DNA of 38,226 nt from Veleropilina oligotropha (taxonomy: Eukaryota): NCBI GenBank assembly GCA_048128005.1, contig JBEUKZ010000063.1, positions 62,001-100,226 of the forward strand, written 5' to 3'. Both the position numbers and the translations under genes were made by a program. Positions 32,695 through 38,226 of the stretch are shown in pieces (positions within the stretch are counted from its first letter, which is position 1; the number at the start of each line of letters is the position of its first letter). Under the pieces are notes generated by a model. The model searched no databases, was not told where the DNA came from, and saw only the letters and a list, made by a program, of their open reading frames with translations.

Positions 32695-32859
32695 GCGCTG
32701 GGAGCCTCCACCCCCGGGGCCCGGGGCCCCACCCTAACTTCCTCTGAAATGCCCCCAAATAGACTATTCTAAGCTACCCTAGTTTCGGATGGCGCTGGGA
32801 GCCTCCCCGGGGGCCCCGGGCCCCTCCCTAGATTATTTCAAAACCCCCTAGTCCCCCCC
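32695..32859 (-). repeat. Right terminal inverted repeat
   Basis: GCGCTGGGAG...CAAAACCCCCTAGTCCCCCCC followed by CATA. Confidence 0.97.
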
Positions 32860-34799
32860 CATAGGTTGCAGACACGTGACCAAAACCACGTAATGACCGA
32901 GTCGTCCGCCATCGCGGAAGGCAAACACTATTAGCAGTCAATCACATGAATACTGGTCAATACGTAAAATATCTATAGAAATCAATAAAATACTAGTACG
33001 TGTGAAGGAGCATTCAGTTAATTCTGTGAATATTCACGAGTTGCTGTTCTTACGGGAAGTTGTTACGTTACGTTTGATATCGCAACCGCAGAAAAACAAA
33101 TGCGGCGAATAAAGTAAATATTCATGTAATAACCTACTGTTACTGACTTTAATTAATAAGTTCCTACATTTGATGCATATCATTACATAAATTGTCAATA
33201 AATTATCGTAGTAAGCCTATAATAGTACGTACTTTTTGTCTTTTTACGGATTAATTGAATGTTTCCCCGACTTGAAAGCCAAAGTGCGCATGCATCGCAC
33301 GTCGTTCTTTAGTACCCGCTGCAGTGCTAATTGTTATTTTCAATGGTTATTGTCCTGTTGATAATCCAATTGAGATCACAGGATGTCATTGCCAAGCTGA
33401 TAAATAGGTAACATTTTATTTGTGCGGCAGACCCATTGTTTCTTGTAAACACATCTAGGCTATAAAGCCATTTGACTGAAATAACCAGCTTGCGCAATTT
33501 GAACGTTCCGCAATAAAATATAGTCCTGTCTTTCAAAGTTTATAAAATTAAACAGAAAATTTGCTGTATACCTTCACTTCCAATAGTAACACATTAAAGC
33601 TTTTTTTTTTTTTTTTTTAAAAGACTACTAAGCGTGTCGCACATGTTTGGAAAATCCACAGCTGTATCACTGCGCGTATGTTATTGTTCCCTAGCAGTCG
33701 CTACAGACCCGAAGCATGTACGAAATAAATTATAAGCTCGAATTTTATATTAAATATATAAATACCGAAATACACTCGGAATGCGAAAATTGCTTTCGCT
33801 TTACAATGGACAACATTTCCGATCAAAGGGACTAACGTAGGCGCATACTTTTACGTTTTAAAACAATATGAATCAATGTATCAAACTTTGATGGCGGTCT
33901 GATTTTATTTCAATTCGATGGATGTTCAACGCTATTGTTACCGTCGACAGTTGAATAAAGAACACAAAAGGTATTTATAAGGCTAATTGTAAGATTAGAA
34001 TGAAATTCTAGCTATGGCTAGGCTTAATTAATAGCCTCAAAATTGGACCAGTTATTTAATTTAAATGACGAAGGCTCTGCTGTTGTTGTATGAACTAAAC
34101 CAAATCGAACCCAAACGACAATATATACTTAATATATTGAAAGTACCGTCAAAAAGCTTCCGTGAATTTCTATCGTTATCATTTATTTTCACATAATTGA
34201 ATCGATTTATACTGTAATCTTATATCCCTCGTGTTATTCCTTGCGTTCCGTAATGGCGCCGCGCACAGAATTATGGGACTGTGTGACGTCATCTGCAACC
34301 TATGTATACTGATACGTTCGTGATGTATTTGCGCGTAAAATGGGTTTTATGAATTATTCAACGTGACAGAACATACTAGTATGTTGTAAGTCCGCAGCTT
34401 TTATTAATTTGCTATATATGTTGCTGCTAAATGAGGATGATTAGGCATTTTCCCCCAGATTGCTAGGAACATGCCGCATTTGATCTTTATATCAGAAAAT
34501 AATCGCTCACTGTAGATATAATACTAAATGAGAAACAATATTGGATAAATATAACTAGCCAACCTTTACAGGCAATAAAATGATTAAAAGAGTGACTTGT
34601 CTATACACAAATACTTATGCGTATCTTCTAAAAGCATTGGACTAATATTAAGTCTCACCAATACACGAAATAATGTTACTTACTCACGTATGGTATAATA
34701 ATAACCGTATTACTTACTCATGTATGGTATTTTCAAAACTTAATAAAATAATATTAATAATTTAAAAAAACGTGATAGCTGGAACACACGTATCAAAAT

Positions 34800-36800
34800 T
34801 TAAATCCACTTGTCCAATTTGCAGTTGTACTTAATTCGATTATAAGAAATTATCACCTATTATCTTTTACTGCATCGACTTTTACATATATCCTGTGCAA
34901 TCCATTTTAGTTGTTATTGCAGTTCCTTTTCACAAATATCTAATTTATTCTCTGTATGGAGTCCTCCTAACTATATAGCCAACCTATGTTCTCTGTGAAT
35001 CTCCGCGAAATCTTCCACTGAGTACATTTCGCCAGAGCAAGCAGTAAATGTCATCTGCCATGCATCACGGGATTCTGCTCAGGTTTGATGAACTTTACTG
35101 CATGAAATTATTCATCACTGCGAGAAGAGAAAGGGACACAATGAGCGGACAAATCTCCCATATATCATTTGTTCAACACGGCTAGCAATGTTGGTCTTCT
35201 GCAGTAGATTCTCTGTCTACTGCTCTCTGTCCCTCTCGTGCAACAGTGGCTCACTTGGTAATGGCCTCATCCGACATGGTGGAACTGTTACTGGTGAGGT
35301 ATTTAATACACCATTGAATGCTTTTCTGGCAAAACATTCATTTCAGCATATTTTTATTCAGGAGGTGATCTATCATCTTCTGTATTATGGTATCTGTAAA
35401 TTTAAACAGACTTATCGGTGTCCCATGGTAAGATGATGTTGCAGCAGAGGAACTAGGATGGTGGACGACATGATGAAGTCGTCTCACAGTGAAGGATCTT
35501 TTGACAAGAGAAACTGGGGAATTGCAGCTGTCAGGTGTTCTAATTCCATTACTCTGTCATGCGACACACATACCAATATGATACATTTGCTCCGAGTTGC
35601 TGCATACAGGATGATGCATGTGTAGATTGGCAGAGGTGTTTATCGTTCCAATGTTGTTTGGGTTGCGCGTCTGATTTGGTGCTCTCTTCTTTGCATTGCA
35701 TTGTAAGCTATTAGCTTATTGGTGAAGAGTGTAACTAGTGACTGTAGGATCTAGATATTTCAAACTGGTGCAAATAAGCGTCATATAGATGATATGATTT
35801 AAACTTGCATGTATTGAATTAGTTGTCTTCCGAAAAGGAGCCTGAAAACCCGGAAGAGTCTTTGTCAAAGAAATGTCTCTTAATGATCTGAGAAGCCTTA
35901 GATAAAGCATCTGTATCTTCGGAAAACGTTTTGTTTCCACTGCGTCACGAATAAACTTTTCGTGTCATTATTATATAAGATCTACGCTGAATTTCTAACA
36001 ATTTAGTCGTAAGCTTCAGTGAATATTATATGTTATTGAATAGTCTCTTTTATTCTGGTTTTGTTCACTGTTTTGTGTATTCCCAGTCCTCTTCTAACAG
36101 CTTCGGCGGGTGAGCGCATATCGTCAGTAGTTCATCTGAGACAGCCAGGAGGGTCCGGGTTCTACCCCAATCGGTGGCTTATTCTACCGCTTATAATAAG
36201 GATGGCATATCTCTAATGTATATCTGTCATATATTGGAGTTAGGTCTTAAAACGGGTATCCCGACTGCATTAAATCTAAAATATTGCCTATCAAATAACC
36301 CAGTCCTAATGATTAATTTATACGAACAGGGAGTCTAAGTCTGCTACCTTAAATATTATTTTAGTGGCCATCAACTCCCACCTCTACATATTGTACCAGG
36401 TGTTCAAATACCTTGAAATCAGTCATAAACTTGCCTGTGATAGCAGGTTTGGAATAATTAAGTTTCTATCATGTTTTAGATATTTGTTTCGAAACTGTGG
36501 TAAACACCTGCAGTGATATTTGGTCCCAATAACCAGATATTCTGGCTTGAATGGTATTTTCTTAAAGCACGGTGATCACCATTCTTATGTTGTAATCTAC
36601 TTTTCGTGATGCGAAATTTATCATTGACACTTCACCTTCCTCCTCTATGTTTCAGAAAATTACATTTATTACAATCTTTTCATTGGTGCTTCCTCTTCGC
36701 CACACTTCTTAGAGGTCTGTCTGTCCATTAGTTTGGATGATTTACATGTGGCATGCTTTGTACCATACTATTCCTTGCTAAATATTTCAAACTTTCTTTA
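34800..36800 (-). pseudogene. Academ transposase remnants
   Basis: Manual minus-strand translation gives motifs in the expected order: WYKACH (~36750), TKYHCRCLPQFRNKY (~36500), FEHLVQYVE..IFKVADLDSLF (~36330-36410), DALSKASQIIKRHFF..FSGSF (~35860-35910), NAKKR..ER*TPLPIY..LYAATRSK..GMC/VSHDRVMELE (~35540-35700). There are many stops and frameshifts; boundaries are approximate. Confidence 0.7.
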
Positions 36801-37117
36801 TTTTAATCAATGACAATGGCAGCCGCGGTGAAATAAATGGTGAATATTGATTGCTACGGTCTGGATTGGTTCGGTTTTATGCTTCAATGTTTCGTTTATA
36901 GTTACATGGGCGTAGCCAGAGAGGGGGGGGTCGTACCCGCCGCGTTGACAAAAACGGATTTTTTATAAATATATATCCTAGAATATTTCAAATAGCGACA
37001 TTTTACTCATACAAAGTGGTGAAAATGGTTCATAAATGGTAGTATAATACATCGCATTTGCACTCTCAGACTGCAGGAAAGGATGTTTCACACCATTATT
37101 AGTCAAAATTTGGCGCC

Positions 37118-37440
37118 CTTTCGGTACTTCCCCCACAGCTCCGGCTTTTACTCAACTTTGGAAATCCGGTTTTTCATCTCCGACTTTCGACGCGTCGTTA
37201 ATGTTAAATCCATGGGGACTAGCAACAAGTGAACCTCGGTCAGTCCAGGCTCACGGGGCGGTCCGTTGTATATACGTTTGTAAAGCCAATACAACTACGT
37301 ACCCATCACGTGTATCTTATCGCAAGCTGCATTTGCCTTTAGTAGCAGATAATACGCGGAGTGTGAAAATTTAAGATGAATACAAGCCGGAGCTCCTTAA
37401 ATATGTATAAAAGCCGGAGCTGTGGGGGAAGTACCGAAAG
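37118..37440. mobile_element. Small MITE-like element (33-bp inverted repeats)
   Basis: CTTTCGGTACTTCCCCCACAGCTCCGGCTTTTA (37118-37150) and its reverse complement (37408-37440). Confidence 0.7.
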
Positions 37441-37943
37441 AGCACCCCAAATTTTCCTTTGCGTGGGCCCCCGCTGCCCGCGTGGACAGTTGAGAGTACT
37501 GCATATTGATAATCAATTTCGATCCCTTTCTATTTCCTGGCTTTTCAGGTTCATATCAGAACATGTCAATATTATCGCGAGAGGAAAGCCAGCCCTCACC
37601 GTTACTAGACAAACAGAATACGCACTATTATCCACTCGGTTACCAGTGCGGCCTGAATATTTTCAAGAAAGGATGCATATACAGAGATTGTATATACCTT
37701 ACTGGTTGATACAACATTAAATGGACATTTAACAATGTCTGGAATTTGTTTTCACAATGACACAAAACAAATGCCAAATTAATAAGCTATTATATACATT
37801 TATCGCGTTCATTTTAAATTTTGGTCATATTTCATGAAATTTTTTTTTTCCAGCTGGATCCGAGGATGATATGTTTAGATATGATCTTGAGATATCACAT
37901 ACCAATTTCCATGCTTTTGTCATCTCTGTAACGAAAGCGCATA

Positions 37944-38226
<283 letters not shown>

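Larger units (their letters stand above)
16910..32859. mobile_element. Integrated Polinton-like dsDNA virus / Maverick-like element, full length (~15.95 kb)
   Basis: 165-bp TIRs, CATA TSD, an abrupt rise in GC content, and compact intronless genes including capsid proteins, packaging ATPase, DDE integrase and a Pol-like/helicase gene. Confidence 0.93.
16906..34304. mobile_element. Non-autonomous TIR element (~1.45 kb, body 32860-34304) with TA TSD, split at its left tip by the virus-like element
   Basis: TIRs are CATAGGTTGCAGA (32860-32872) and TCTGCAACCTATG (34292-34304). TA flanks occur at 16904-16905 and 34305-34306. Removing 16906-34304 rejoins an Academ subterminal repeat. Confidence 0.8.

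Noticed and set aside
16905..32864. Canonical 6-bp Polinton TSD
   Set aside because: The flanks ACATAG and CCATAG mismatch; only 4-5 bp are duplicated.

Overview
AT-rich eukaryotic genomic DNA, probably from an invertebrate animal, densely packed with nested transposon remnants. Its centre holds a complete, GC-rich, ~15.95-kb integrated dsDNA virus-like element (16910-32859). The element has 165-bp TIRs that start with G7 and differ at one position, and a 4-bp (possibly 5-bp) CATA(G) target-site duplication. It carries Polinton/Polinton-like-virus morphogenesis genes (probable double-jelly-roll major capsid, penton, A32-type packaging ATPase) and a retroviral-type DDE integrase. I see no canonical pPolB and no adenain-type maturation protease. 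Instead there is one large, now broken, replication gene that reads as a vOTU-like domain, a highly derived PolB palm, an SF1 helicase and an HNH nuclease. The element also encodes several membrane proteins and a secreted Cys-rich protein. It sits 4 bp inside the end of a TA-flanked TIR element, which itself interrupts a subterminal repeat of a decayed Academ DNA transposon. The left 6 kb is a second nest: an RTE-like LINE contains a Penelope-like element (inverted pseudo-LTRs, hammerhead cores, 12-bp TSD), which contains a CryptonA/DUF3504 element; an L2/CR1 3' end lies beside them. All family assignments come from motif recognition by eye; no database search was run.
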